A stretch of 64,000 bases of DNA. Origin: Ostrea edulis (taxonomy: Eukaryota). Of this stretch, positions 1-12,400 are shown piece by piece (the first letter of the stretch is position 1; every line of letters begins with the position of its first letter). Position numbers and translations under genes: made by a program. The DNA lies in NCBI RefSeq assembly GCF_947568905.1, contig NC_079167.1, positions 83,204,001 through 83,268,000 on the forward strand. The letters run 5' to 3'. The notes beneath the pieces were generated by a model. That model was not told the origin of the DNA, did no database searches, and saw nothing but the letters and a program-made list of their open reading frames with translations.

Positions 1-441
1 GAATTTTGGGGATATTATAAAGATTAACTTTTCGCTGAAAAAAGTCAAGTCTCTAAACAAAAATTCTTAGCAGCGTCTGATTGAAATAGGAGAAAGTCAG
101 AATAATTGGCTGCCATTTATGAAAAATCGCTCGCTGGACTGTGGTCCTCCATCTTTAGGAATTGTTTACGAAGTCTGTTTGAATTTTTATCTCCCTATGA
201 AAGCTTAAGACCGCCAACCTACCCCTTTCATATAAATTACTTTTGGAAAACATTATATAAATTCATTTAAAACTTTGTATATTAGTGTTTATAAGTAAAA
301 GTTACCAAACAGACATTCAAATTGTTCAAATTAATGTCTAACATCACTCAGTGTACGGAGAGAGGAAAAGTATCCTGCCTTGATTTTAAACGCGATTTAG
401 AAAATTTCATACTCTGTCATATGAATACCATTGTGTTGTAG

Positions 442-848
442 TCTTACATCAACAGCAGCTGCCATTGGTGCTGCAGGCGTTCCACAAGCTGGCCTGGTTA
501 CCATGACGATCGTACTGACGGCTGTCGGCTTGCCAATAGATGAAATAACGCTCATTTTATCAGTTGACTGGTTTCTGTAAGTCTCCTATTTATTCTATTT
601 ATAACCTTTTTAACGTAAAAAGACGGGATGTTTTCGCGTTCTGATTGTACATGTGTTTTTGCCTTTGTAGGGACCGTTTCCGGACGGCTGTAAATGTTTT
701 GGGTGACGCCTTTGGGGCTGGGATTGTGGAACACCTATCGCGTAATGATATCACAGACGTTTTAGAATCGGATGTACCGCTAAAAGAGGAGAAAAATGGC
801 TTTCAGCCTTCTAAGGTCGCCGTGGACGATTGTGATACCAGAATGTAG
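442..848 (+). CDS. SLC1A: Excitatory amino acid transporter (SLC1A family), last two coding exons; 5' part lies outside the window
   Basis: Exons 442-576 and 671-848 (GT-AG) translate to [31 protein letters not shown]...VDWFL|[19 protein letters not shown]...DTRM*. These are the HP2/TM8 motifs of EAATs. The paralog cannot be assigned. Confidence 0.93.
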
Positions 849-1426
849 CTGATCCAGCAGGGCCATCATATGTAATCGGAATTCACGAAATCATGGAATA
901 AATTGTGTAACGGACTGCCCATTTTTGGCTTATCGTAGAATTCCAAGGTTTAGGTGGGGTGTTGTTCTCCTGTATTAACATCCCCGACAAACCAATGAGA
1001 AAGTTCAGTCCTTCATCCCATAATAGTATTTTAATGCAAATTCATAGTCACCTATTTGTACCTTTTTTTTTTTAAATTTGTTACCTTTTACCTTTTGTTA
1101 TATTGCATACAGTTTTTTATGTCATGATCTTGTTTTGAAGTTTTCTGTACAATGCATATACAAGGACATGATAAATATTTTTAAATATTTGTCGTTCGAC
1201 TTTTTGATCTGTGATTTAGATACAGTGAGCTAACGAATGGTGTATGGTATTAATTCACTAACTATTGAGATGAGAACCTGCAGCTGAGAAAAACACCGGT
1301 ACTGTTTATCATGCTGGTATTAAATGTTCTCATTTAACTTTCTTTCATACACACACAAAAAAATCTCCATGCAGTAGACAAATGAAAACGGCAAGATACA
1401 ATGTGAAGTCGAGTAAATTATTCTCC

Positions 1427-1468
<42 letters not shown>

Positions 1469-1499
1469 ATATGTAATCGCAAAGTTCCTCAGTACCCTT

Positions 1500-1575
1500 T
1501 GCTTGGCGACTAAATAGGGTGGTACTTCTGATGAGACCGCAAAAACTGAGGCCCCATGTCATAGTAGGTGTGGCC
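1500..1575 (+). mobile_element. SINE body fragment (bivalve Meta/CORE-type, from recollection)
   Basis: ggtacttctgatgagaccgcaaaaactgaggccccatgtcatagtaggtgtggc resembles a common bivalve SINE central domain. Confidence 0.35.
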
Positions 1576-2462
1576 TGATCTTGGTGACGTCTCCTTATGA
1601 GTGAAAAATTCTCGAGCGTCCCGCTCGAATGATTTTTTCTATCATTATTATCATCCTTGTTTTCTTTTCTTTTCTCGATTATAATTTCCTATCATTCGGA
1701 TATTCTAGGTTGCTCTAAGCCAAAATGACATGAAACGCAAAATAAAATGCTGGAAATGAAAGCCCACACGATGTGTTTTCTTATATCCCGGAGCGCATTT
1801 TATTCAACTGTAATAGTTTGTTGAAGTGTCACTTTGTGCAAAGGTGCAAGTATTTTACCGTGATGCAGATATGCTCTCCTCACTTGTAAATGCATAACAA
1901 AAAATTTGAGCGTTTGCTTTAATCGTTATATTGTAAATTTTTTTACTACCTCCACAAGGTATTTTGGTTAGAAAGGAGTTTTAAAAACTGTTCGATAAAA
2001 TAATTGTGTGTCATGTTGCAATTTTAAAAATAACCAAACCCCTGCCAACAATCAACAAGTTAGAATAAGGAATTGATTTTGATTATCATTCGGATGTTCA
2101 TTTTGTCCATATAGCACTAGTTGCACTAGTTAGATCTAGTATAATTTACGAGACTTGACATGTATAACATGAAGTATTTCGTATTGACACGGAGTATTGC
2201 ATAAAATAATTTTAAATGTTCAAAAATAAATGTAGACTAGAGCCTTTAAAAATGTCCTGTGTCGTTTATTTTTCATGGAGGAGGTTTTTAAAAGTGCGTA
2301 GTTCTTTTTTATGCTTATTTCTGAAATACTCATTTGCTTTTTATTTACTTGCAGCGCTAGTAACCTTGTGTTGAGTCACACGTTATGCAATTATAATTAC
2401 TCTTCAGAGTTTTCCCCACTTTTAAACATTTCCATTGAAAGAAGGAGTGATCCTTAAAGTAT

Positions 2463-2985
2463 AACAAGAAATGTTTCAGAAACATGTACATCCCCCAGTC
2501 CCGATGCAAAATTGAAAAAAGGTTATATACACATGTATCGGGTGTCGTTCAAGCAAAATGATTCTCAAAATATAGGAGACAATTATTACTATATTATGTC
2601 CACTGAGTTTGACCTTTGACCATATGAACCCAAACTCAATAGAGGTCATCTATCCAAGTACCAGTGTACCAAGTTTGACGTATGTCAAGGAAAGGGTTCT
2701 CAAAATAATGGGCGGACAATATCTTCCCATGTCCAGAGTATATAGTCTGGTCCCCCTTCCCACAATTCCGTTCCCGCACTCTAGTGCGCGAATGGAATTG
2801 TGGGAGGGGGGCCAGACTACAGAGTATATGTACCCTTGATCATGTGACTTTAAAACCAGTAGGGGTCATCTACTCCTTTTAAGATGTGAAGTTGGATGTC
2901 TGTGGAGCAAAGGGTTCACAGGCGGACAAGACTTTGTCTACAGACCGACGGACAGGTGCAAAACAATATATCCCCTCTTTTTCAA
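2463..2985 (+). mobile_element. Non-autonomous Helentron-associated (HINE/Pearl-like) element, 3' end eroded
   Basis: AACAAG start, two diverged internal core repeats (gacctttgacc...ggtcatcta), ACRG microsatellite, then atatcccctc. Confidence 0.55.
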
Positions 2986-3009
2986 TTGAGTTATATATCA
3001 TCTCACTTT

Positions 3010-5075
3010 ATCCAAACTACAGCGTAAAGCCATAAATGAGTCAACTTTAAAATGTTTTACGCTACATACATTTCATTGAAAATTATCCAAATTATAGCAA
3101 CACATGTTATAAGAGAAGAAGTCAGGAAATATAAAGGATGTTAACTCCTACAAGGAACTAAAACGAAAAACACAGCAGGAGATACGACGCTCCTATTGGA
3201 AATATCTAGTCAACATGATAACATCAGAACCAGATGATGCGAACCAAAACAGAAATAAACGTTTCTGAACTTTCATCAAAACATAGGAAGTCGGACGGAA
3301 ATAGTATACCACCCTTAAAAAAGGACGCCCTTCTTCACCAGGAATCAGTAGACAAAGCAAATATTCTAAACAAGCAGTTTCAGGAAGCCTTCTCGGGAAA
3401 AGTGGACATCACAGTTGAGGAGTTTTCTAAGCGATGCAACATGAAGGATGGATATCCCAGGATCGAAGACTAAGACATAACAGTAAACGGAGTCCATAAG
3501 TTACTCAACGGGCTGAATGTAACCAAAGCCCCAGGACCAGATAATAAATCACCAAGGGTCCGTAAAGAACTAGCAGATGTTGTGGCGCCAATCCTTAACG
3601 TGATTTTCAATCACTCTTACCAAACAGGAAAGGTACCCACCTTATGGAAAACAGCCAACATCTGCCCTGTACAAATGTATATTAAAAAAGGGAAGAAATA
3701 TGAGGCAGTACATTACAGGCCAGTGTCATTGACGTGCATCTGTAGCAAAATCATGGAGCACATCGTGACTAGTCACATCATGAACCATGCTGATGACAAT
3801 AACATCATGTACCCACTCCAGCATGGATTCCGTAGAGGCCTCTCATGTGAAACTCAGCTCATAGAGTTTATTTACAACATCTCAATCAACATCGACAAGG
3901 GAAAACAGACTGACTGCCTTATTATGTACTTCTCCAAAGCATTTGATAAAGTGATCCACAGTCTTCTGATCCATAAGCTCAACCATTATGGATTAAAAGG
4001 GAAGACAACCCAGTGGATCCAAAGCTTCCTTACAAACCGCAAGCAAAGTGCAGTTGTGGAGGGGAAATCATCTGAAGAGGTCCTGTGAGTGGACTACGGT
4101 GTGTCACAAGGTTCAGTCCTAGGACCTAGTCTCTAAACGACATGCCGGAAGGCATCGACAGTACGACTCTTTGCTGATGACACCGTGGCATACATGACTA
4201 TCACTTCAGATGCGGGTGCGGAGAAGCTCCAGAATGACCTAGCCCAACTAGCAATCTGGGAAAACAAATGGCTCATGCGATCCATATAGAAAAATGTAAT
4301 GTGCTTACCATCACGAAAAATCGTCAAGACATCTTACATCTTACACGGTCACCAGTTGGAGCATATTCCATCAGCAAAATATCTCGATCGGTGTTACAAT
4401 CTCAACATACTTGAAATGGACGCAGCACATAAATAACATCGGTGCTAAAGCAAACAGCACCATTGGCTTTCTCAAAAGAAACATCTACATCAGCAACTCT
4501 AACATCAAAGAGAAAGCCTATAAATCATTAGTAACAGTGGAGTAGGCCAGTGCGGCCTGGAATCCTCACCAAAAGTCAAACATTCAAAAGATTGAAATGA
4601 TTCAGCGTAGAGCAGCCCGGTATGTCCACAACAGATACCATAACACCTCATCTGTAACCGAGATGCTTAATCAGCTTGAATGGCCATCATTAGAAGAGCG
4701 GAAAAGGACATCTAGCCTCTGTGTTATGTACAAGCTGATCACCAACAAACTTTAGATTGACATTGGCGAGAAACTAAAAATCCAAGAAAGAACATCCAGG
4801 AATAACAACAGTGCAAATTCCATCATGTCGAACATCAGTGAGGAAGGAATCATATCCACGTACCACCAAGGAGTGGAATGCCTTACCCACCTCTGCTGCT
4901 ATGGCTCCGAGCCTTGAATGCTTCAAGACTCGTCTCCGTCAATAAGCCACTGGTTTCGTTAATTTGTTTTTAAACTCGCCTGTAAATAGTCCTTCACCAA
5001 TATATTTGTGTTAACATGCGCACACCCAGCAGTGACATGACGTCATCATTTTGACAGTGGTCGCTTACTGGCAGA
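3010..5075 (+). mobile_element. 5'-truncated, decayed non-LTR retrotransposon (CR1/L2-type LINE) reverse transcriptase
   Basis: RT motifs YRPVSLTCICSKIME, QHGFRRGLSCETQL, FSKAFDKV, QGSVLGP and RLFADDT are spread over several frames with stops and frameshifts. A 3' UTR-like tail ends near 5075. Confidence 0.9.
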
Positions 5076-5514
5076 ACTAGAATTATCCTTTCTTTGAACA
5101 ATCATGATGGACTCATTTTTGCTCCTAACTTTCATGAAATCTGACACAATTATTACAAAACATCTGGACAAGAATTTTAAGACGTTTACCAACAATTGCA
5201 AAAACATGACTAATAAGATAAAGCTTTAACATTCCATTTCCTGATTGTTAGCGCCCTCGTGTCTAATTCTTTGTAAGAATGGAACGAAAACCTAGAGTGT
5301 GGTGTTCTTACAGTCATTTAATATGTGTCTGGCTGTTTATGGGGAGGGTTGGAGCACTAAGACTATAATCTGCAGATATTTGCGCTGTTAATGGTGTAAA
5401 AGTTACTATAAATTGAATCTTGATAAGTTTATGAAAAAGACTTAGAAAAGTGAATTATATAGTTCATCAAATTGCATGCCATCATGAATTTTAACTTTAA
5501 AATAGTTCCATGTC

Positions 5515-5813
5515 GAACAACGATCTTGTAGGTTGACATATAGGCCTTCATTGTATTCTGTCTGACGTGTTTCATACCGATTGTTAGATCGTTCTTGGCA
5601 CACTGATTTTGACTACGTATAACTCAGTTTACCTGATCAAGGTATAGGGCTCATGGCGGGTGTGACCGGTCGACAGGGGATGCTTACTCCTCCTAGGCAC
5701 CTGATCCCACCTCTGGTGTGTCTAGGGGTCCGTGTTTGCACAATTCTCTATTTTGTATTGCTTAGAGGAGTTATAAGATTGAGATTGATCACTGATCGTT
5801 ATCTTCACCTTTC

Positions 5814-5815
<2 letters not shown>
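5515..5815 (+). mobile_element. 3' terminal fragment of a Penelope-like retroelement
   Basis: ORF end tct gac gtg ttt cat acc gat tgt tag (SDVFHTDC*), then a structured GC-rich tail ending at a (GA)n tract. Family assignment is from recollection of oyster PLE-type RT C-termini. Confidence 0.5.
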
Positions 5816-5876
<61 letters not shown>

Positions 5877-5985
5877 ATTTTTTAGTTTGACTTGAATTCA
5901 AATTTTTATATTTAGACACCTGATTGTCACTACATGTGTGTAAAAATTGTTGTCATTTTGGAAGAGAGAGAGTGGATGTGTGTGT

Positions 5986-6046
<61 letters not shown>

Positions 6047-6155
6047 ATCTTTTAGTTTGACTTGAATTCAAATTTTTATATTTAGACACCTGATTGTCAC
6101 TACATGTGTGTAAAAATTGTTGTCATTTTGGAAGAGAGAGAGTGGATGTGTGTGT

Positions 6156-6224
<69 letters not shown>

Positions 6225-6330
6225 TTTTAGTTTGACTTGAATTCAAATTTTTATATTTAGACACCTGAATGTCACTACATGTGTGTAAAAATTGTTGTCA
6301 TTTTGGAAGAGAGAGAGTGGATGTGTGTGT

Positions 6331-6406
<76 letters not shown>

Positions 6407-6513
6407 ATCCTTAGTATAACAAGAATACAACATAAAGTTTGACACTACCAGAATGTCACTACATGTGTATCAGAATCATATATATTATATGTGTGTCTTA
6501 GAAAGAGTGGAAG

Positions 6514-6578
<65 letters not shown>

Positions 6579-6580
6579 AT
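5816..6580. repeat. Composite satellite: about 120-bp unit plus (GA)n, 3 near-identical copies and 1 diverged copy
   Basis: gaattat..tttagtttgacttgaattc...gtgtctga(ga)n is repeated from about 5872, 6042 and 6218. Confidence 0.9.
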
Positions 6581-6867
6581 CCTTCCAGGGAGTCCTAAGT
6601 TTCTGCATCCCCTCTGAAAATTTGTGATAATGGATTTATTTGAAAAGTTCCTGTAGACTATCAAAAAAATTACGTCCTGAGGTAGACTTACCGATCGAAA
6701 TATTTGGTGATTAAATTGACAAATGATAAACGCGGCTCTCTAATCAGTGAAGGTAATATTAGACACCTTATCTGTGTCAGAGTTATTTCGAGATGGTAAG
6801 ATTTATCTTTTTCTCCTCTGTATCTGTATTTTTACGTTTCACATCCATTTGCTTGGCTGTGATGAGG

Positions 6868-6899
6868 CGGAAGTGGGCGCATTAGTCGTGATGGTTTGC
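6868..6899 (+). promoter_or_regulatory. Candidate RABGGTA promoter and ATG-only first coding exon
   Basis: ETS-type GCGGAAGTG at 6867-6875. ATG at 6891-6893 is followed by GTTTGC, a possible donor whose phase 0 fits exon 9413, which starts with CAT (His2). Not verified. Confidence 0.3.
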
Positions 6900-7619
6900 A
6901 AGCGCAGACCTAAAGTTAAAATATTCAAGTTTTGCAGCGGTGACAACACTTTCATTCAGAGGATTCCAATCAAAAGCCGCATTGAAAAGGCTTATCTGTC
7001 GGGTCTTAGTATGTAAATGATGGGCATATATATATGCTAACAAAGCTGAAATGTTAAAATAGCGGCGATTCAACTCACTTGTTTACAGGTGTAACTATTC
7101 TGCAAGAAATAAGCTTACTGCCCCTCTTCCTGCAAGGTGCGTCTAACCACAGGAGTTTGAAATTTTATCAATAAAGTCAATAAAATTCACTTGATTGACC
7201 AAGCCATGAGCTATGCGTTAGCATAGCGAACAGGAATGAAACGCGGTTTTGGAGAAATCTCGAGTTTCGCATTGAACCACCGCGCAATGAATATAACTCG
7301 TAAGTATTTATCACTAACAACATTTGCCTACTTAAATTTGCCTCCTAGCCCCTCTCTAATGCTGTCAGTATCCACTTTATTCGGTTCCGTGTAAACATTG
7401 ACTTTACTGAGGACGCATTGTAATACGTCACATTCACTCCTTAAAATGAAGGAAGATATGAATAAAGTATAGTAAAAACATGCATAACTTGATAAAATAG
7501 AATAAAATTATTGCTGCAGAGCCTCTAGATGGTTGAGGTTAGTGGAGTAGGTTTTGTTCCTGTGTTAATTTTCAAAAATGCAAATATGAAGTTTCTGCTA
7601 AATATAATGGTTCCATCAC

Positions 7620-8215
7620 TAGGGGTGAATCAATATATCGATATATCGAAATGTACCGGTATACGCCTGTCCAGCGATATACGATACAGTCTTTAGACGA
7701 TACGATACGATATAATGTCGGGGTTAAAAATAGCCCTTTTAATAGTCGGGATCGAAGTTCATAATTTAAAAATGGCTTCTAACAGGAACACGATTCCTCA
7801 GACTTTAATCCCGCTTTTTCATTGTGACATTGACTTTCCTCAGACTTTAATCCCCGCTTTTACATTGTGACATTGGAGTTTCCCTCAGACTTTGATCCCC
7901 ATTTTTTACATTGTGACATTAGAGTTTCCTCAGACTTTAAATCGCCGTTTTTACATTGTGACACATCGGAGATTTCTCAGACTTTAATCCCCGCTTTTAC
8001 ATTGTGACATTGGAGTTTCCTCAGACTTAAATTAATTGTCATTGTTTGTTTTGTTATGAAATAAAAGATATTAAACCACTTCATTTTTTTTTTTTATTTT
8101 GATATTTTACTTCAGAAAATGCTTAACTACCTTGTATATCCAATATATCCGGATATCGCATCAGAAAATATTGTATCGTATCGTATCGGAAAATCTTGAG
8201 CAATACACACCCCTA
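7620..8215. mobile_element. MITE with TAGGGGTG termini, subterminal CGATA repeats and an internal ~48-bp tandem array
   Basis: taggggtgaatc...cgatacgatacgata on the left, tatcgtatcgtatcg...cacccccta on the right; five cctcagactttaatccccgc units at 7795-8030. Confidence 0.7.
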
Positions 8216-8889
8216 TGACCATCACCAAGTATGATGGGTTAGACAAAGGCACTAAGGTAATAAGGAGAGAGAAAAAGCTATATGTGTGTGAGTGTGTTTA
8301 ACATCACATACTGAACACAGGATCAGAAGACCTCCTCTTTTCTGGAATTTTCCCCCAAAACATGAATTTGACTTTTTGTTCAGAGGTGAACAACTACACA
8401 GAGAGTCACCATCTCGTCATCAATTGTGTAAAGAACTTTACTTGAAAAGTTTAATCTCTTTTCACATTTAAATTACATCAAATATGTTTACAATATTACT
8501 GACAATCACAATCTCAGTGGCCGGTATTAGAGCCTGATGAATAAAATCATGGTATCATTTTTCATTTTCCAAAGAATCTATGATACGAAGCTGGAATTCT
8601 GGGGGGGGGGGGGTGGGGGGGGGGGGGGGGGGGGGGGGGGACTGTATTATCCAAATATCTTTGACATGTGAAAGTGAAAATCTGTGATGCTCGGACAATA
8701 TATTTTTGGGATCATATTTGAATATTTGAAAAATCAGACATGGAGGAAAAATGTTCGGGTTGGGGTGAAATTCAGGGTCAGTTAAGTTGACCTTAAACAT
8801 ATGATATTTTTTGGCCCAATGCTTTCTGATTTACACGTTTATAGTTAGCAGTAGACATGCTGTAGGAAATTTTAAGAAGGTTAAGGTAG

Positions 8890-9376
8890 TTTATTATACT
8901 TTCATGTAATATACTCGAATCTGATTGGTCGACAAGCATTTGAAAAATCACATTGTTACCATCTGAGAACAGAAAGCATGCGCTCCAGGGTGATAGTATC
9001 TAGCAACGGGTAACAATACTTGACAACGGGTGATATTATAAAAAAACTATCACATGCGTCAAATTTATGCGCGTACGGTTCGCCGTAGATTGTTAGACGG
9101 CATCGTTTGAGCGTTTGTAATAAACACGAATACCCCCATTGATATATGAAATATTGCATGACATGTGATTGATCAAATGTCAACAGACATAAGTCTTTCT
9201 GCTTTGTTGTTTATATAACATTCATTCTAATAAAACAAATATTGCATGTAGTTGAGGGTAACATTGAAAGTCTTCACCCCTCGAGAAACCATTGTCAACC
9301 TCGGCTACGCTTCGGTTGACAATGGTTTTCTCGGGATGAAAAATTTTCAATGTTACCCTCAATTACATGCAATATT
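8890..9376. mobile_element. Non-autonomous element ending in a 139-bp palindrome (Crypton-like)
   Basis: Arm aatattgcatgtagttgagggtaacattgaaa (from 9238) pairs with tttcaatgttaccctcaattacatgcaatatt (to 9376). The left boundary is approximate. Confidence 0.5.
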
Positions 9377-9412
9377 AATATATTGATTCACACCATTTCC
9401 ATTTCATTTCAG

Positions 9413-12400
9413 CATGGCAGATTAAAGGTGAAAAACTACTGCTCAGCAGGAGGAGGCAAAGGCGGAAAGAAAGGGAGAAGAAACTGAAACTTTATAATGC
9501 TGGTACTTCTGCAGCATTTAAAAAAGTAAGAGTATTGTTAAAACAGAAATCTGAAGCGTTTAAAAAAGAAGTGTATTGTTAAAACAGACATCTGCAGCAT
9601 TTAAAAAGTAAGTGTGTTGTTATAAGTGTATTGTTAAAACAGACTTCTGCAGCAATTAAAAAAGTAAGTGTGTTGTTAAAACAGACATCTGCAGCGTTTA
9701 AAAAAGTAAGTGTGTTGTGAAAACAGATTTCTGCAGCATTTAAAAAAAGTAAGTGTATTGTTAAAACAGACTTCTGCAGCATTTAAAAAAGTTAAGTGTG
9801 TTGTTAAAACAGACTTCTGCAGCATTTAGATAAGTAAGTGTGTTGTTATAAGTGTATTATTTAAAACAGACTTCTAAGCATTTAAATAAGTAAGTGTGTT
9901 GTTATAAGTGTATTGTTAAAACAGACTTCTGCAGCATTTAAAAAATTAAGTGTGTTGTTAAAACAGACTTCTGCAGCATTTAAATAAGTAAGTGTGTTGT
10001 TATAAGTGTATTATTAAAACAGACTTCTACAGCATTTAAATAAGTAAGTGTGTTGTTATAAGTGTATTGTTAAAACAGACTTCTGCAGCATTTAAAAAAG
10101 TAAGTGTGTTGTTAAAACAGACTTCTGCAGCATTTTAAAAAAGTAAGTGTATTGTTAAAAACAAACTTCTGCAGCATTTAAAAAAGTTAAGTGTGTTGTT
10201 AAAACCAGACTTCTGCAAGCATTTAAAAAAAGTGAGGGGTGTTGTTAAAACAGACTTCTGCAGCATTTAAAAAATGTAAGTGTGTTGTTAAAACAGACAT
10301 CTGCAGCATTTAAATAAGTAAGTGTGTTGTTATAAGTGTATTGTTAAAACAGACTTCCTCAGNNNNNNNNNNNNNNNNNNNNNNNNNNNNNNNNNNNNNN
10401 NNNNNNNNNNNNNNNNNNNNNNNNNNNNNNNNNNNNNNNNNNNNNNNNNNNNNNNNNNNNNNNNNNNNNNNNNNNNNNNNNNNNNNNNNNNNNNNNNNNN
10501 NNNNNNNNNNNNNNNNNNNNNNNNNNNNNNNNNNNNNNNNNNNNNNNNNNNNNNNNNNNNNNCTGCAGCATTTAAAAAATGTAAGTGTGTTGTTAAAACA
10601 GACATCTGCAGCATTTAAATAAGTAAGTGTGTTGTTATAAGTGTATTGTTAAAACAGACTTCCTCAGCATTTAAATAAGTAAGTGTGTTGTTAAAACAGA
10701 CTTCTGCAGCATTTAAAAAATGTAAGTGTGTTGTTAAAACAGACATCTGCAGCATTTAAATAAGTAAGTGTGTTGTTATAAGTGTATTGTTAAAACAGAC
10801 TTCTGCAGCATTTAAATAAGTAAGTGTGTTGTTATAAGTGTATTGTTAAAACAGACTTCTGCAGCATTTAAATAAGTAAGTGTGTTGTTAAAACAGACTT
10901 CTGCAGCATTTAAAAAAGTAAGTGTGTTGTTAATTTGGACATCTGCAGCATTTAGATAAGTAAGTGTATTGTTAAAACAGATTTCTGCAGCATTTAAAAA
11001 AGTAATTGTGTTGATAAGATGGAGTTGATCTGCATGGTAAGAGTAGAGCACTCCACTAAGATTCATAATATTATAGTGGAGTTGACATTACTTTCAGAGA
11101 TTGAATGGAGAATTTGATGAGGAAGGACTGAAGCTCACAGGAGATATTCTCTCTGTTAACCCGGATTTCTATTCTCTCTGGAACTACCGCAAAGAAATCT
11201 TTCTGTTCATGAAAGATAACAAGTATGTAACATTCATCATGATGTTTGACCAATCCAGTGAAAGTCCTCATAAATTTAATTTTTCATATTGAATATTGTT
11301 AGATATAGACCTCAGTACAACAGAGAGGTTATCTGTAATTTGTTCCCGGGCCCTACACGTTCAGTCCCAAGTTCTGGATAGACACATATATTACAGAGAA
11401 ATGCTGTATTTTAGAGAGGATGAGTTTGTACAGAAGCTGATGCAGGATGAGCTTGGGTTTCTAGAGTCGTGTCTGAAGCTTAATCCAAAGTCATATGGAG
11501 CCTGGCAACATCGCTGTTTCATCATGGAGAACATGCCCTGTCCGGACTGGGAGCGGGAACTCCAGCTCTGTAATACATTTCTGGAGTATGATGAACGAAA
11601 CTGTAAGTACGATCCTGTAGACCAGTCAGAGTCATTGTACTGTGTGATAGTCAATCCAAGTCATTGTACTGTGTGATAGTCAATCCAAGTCATTGTACTG
11701 TGTGATAGTCAATCCAAGTCAGTGTACTGTGTTAGTCAATCTAAGTCATTGTACTGTGTGTTTAGTCAATCTAAGTCAGTGTACTGTGTTAGTCAATCTA
11801 AGTCAGTGTACTGTGTGTTAGTCAATCCAAGTCATTGTACTGTGTGATAGTCAATCCAAGTCATTGTACTGTGTGATAGTCAAAGGAAATCTAAGAAAGA
11901 TTCTCAGTTCTTTATTCAAATGGAATAAACCTGTCCATTAAAGTACCCAGATTGTAGTATTTATTTTTGTTGACTGATGGATTTATCACGGATGTGTGAA
12001 CTTCTATTTCAGTTTGGATTATCACTGATCTGTTATTGCAGCTCACTTTTGGTACTCTCACTGATTTGTTAACATCTATTTCAGTTCATAGATGGGATTG
12101 ATGTTAATTTGTTAACTTCTATTTTAGTTCACTAAATTGTTACCTATATGTTAATTTCTATTTTAGTTCACTGAATTGTCACCTATATGTAAATTTCTAT
12201 TTTAGTTAAATTCACTGAATTGTTACCTATATGTAAATTTCTATTGTAGTTCACTGAATTGTTACCTATATGTAAATTTCTATTTTAGTTCACTGTTGGG
12301 ATTATCGACGATTTGTTGTTCTGATATCAGATGTAGATTTAGAACAGGAACTTGTTTACACAACAGAGAAAATTCAGAATAACTTCTCCAACTATTCATC

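Noticed and set aside
1525-1565. Hammerhead ribozyme at CTGATGAG
   Set aside because: No GAAA after a stem II and no matching stem III/cleavage triplet; it fits a SINE body fragment better.
3582-4088. Active reverse transcriptase gene
   Set aside because: Frameshifts, stops and a damaged region between the QGSVLGP and FADD motifs; the element is 5'-truncated.
6747-7073. Short ORFs at 6747-7016 (+) and 6882-7073 (-) as separate genes
   Set aside because: No recognisable homology or splice pattern; the region looks like promoter or 5' sequence of RABGGTA.
9579-11066. Repeat-protein ORFs in the ORF track (also 14154-14429, 21615-22169, 45867-46282, 55530-55985)
   Set aside because: They are translations of minisatellites, open in several frames and on both strands, with no splice or homology support.
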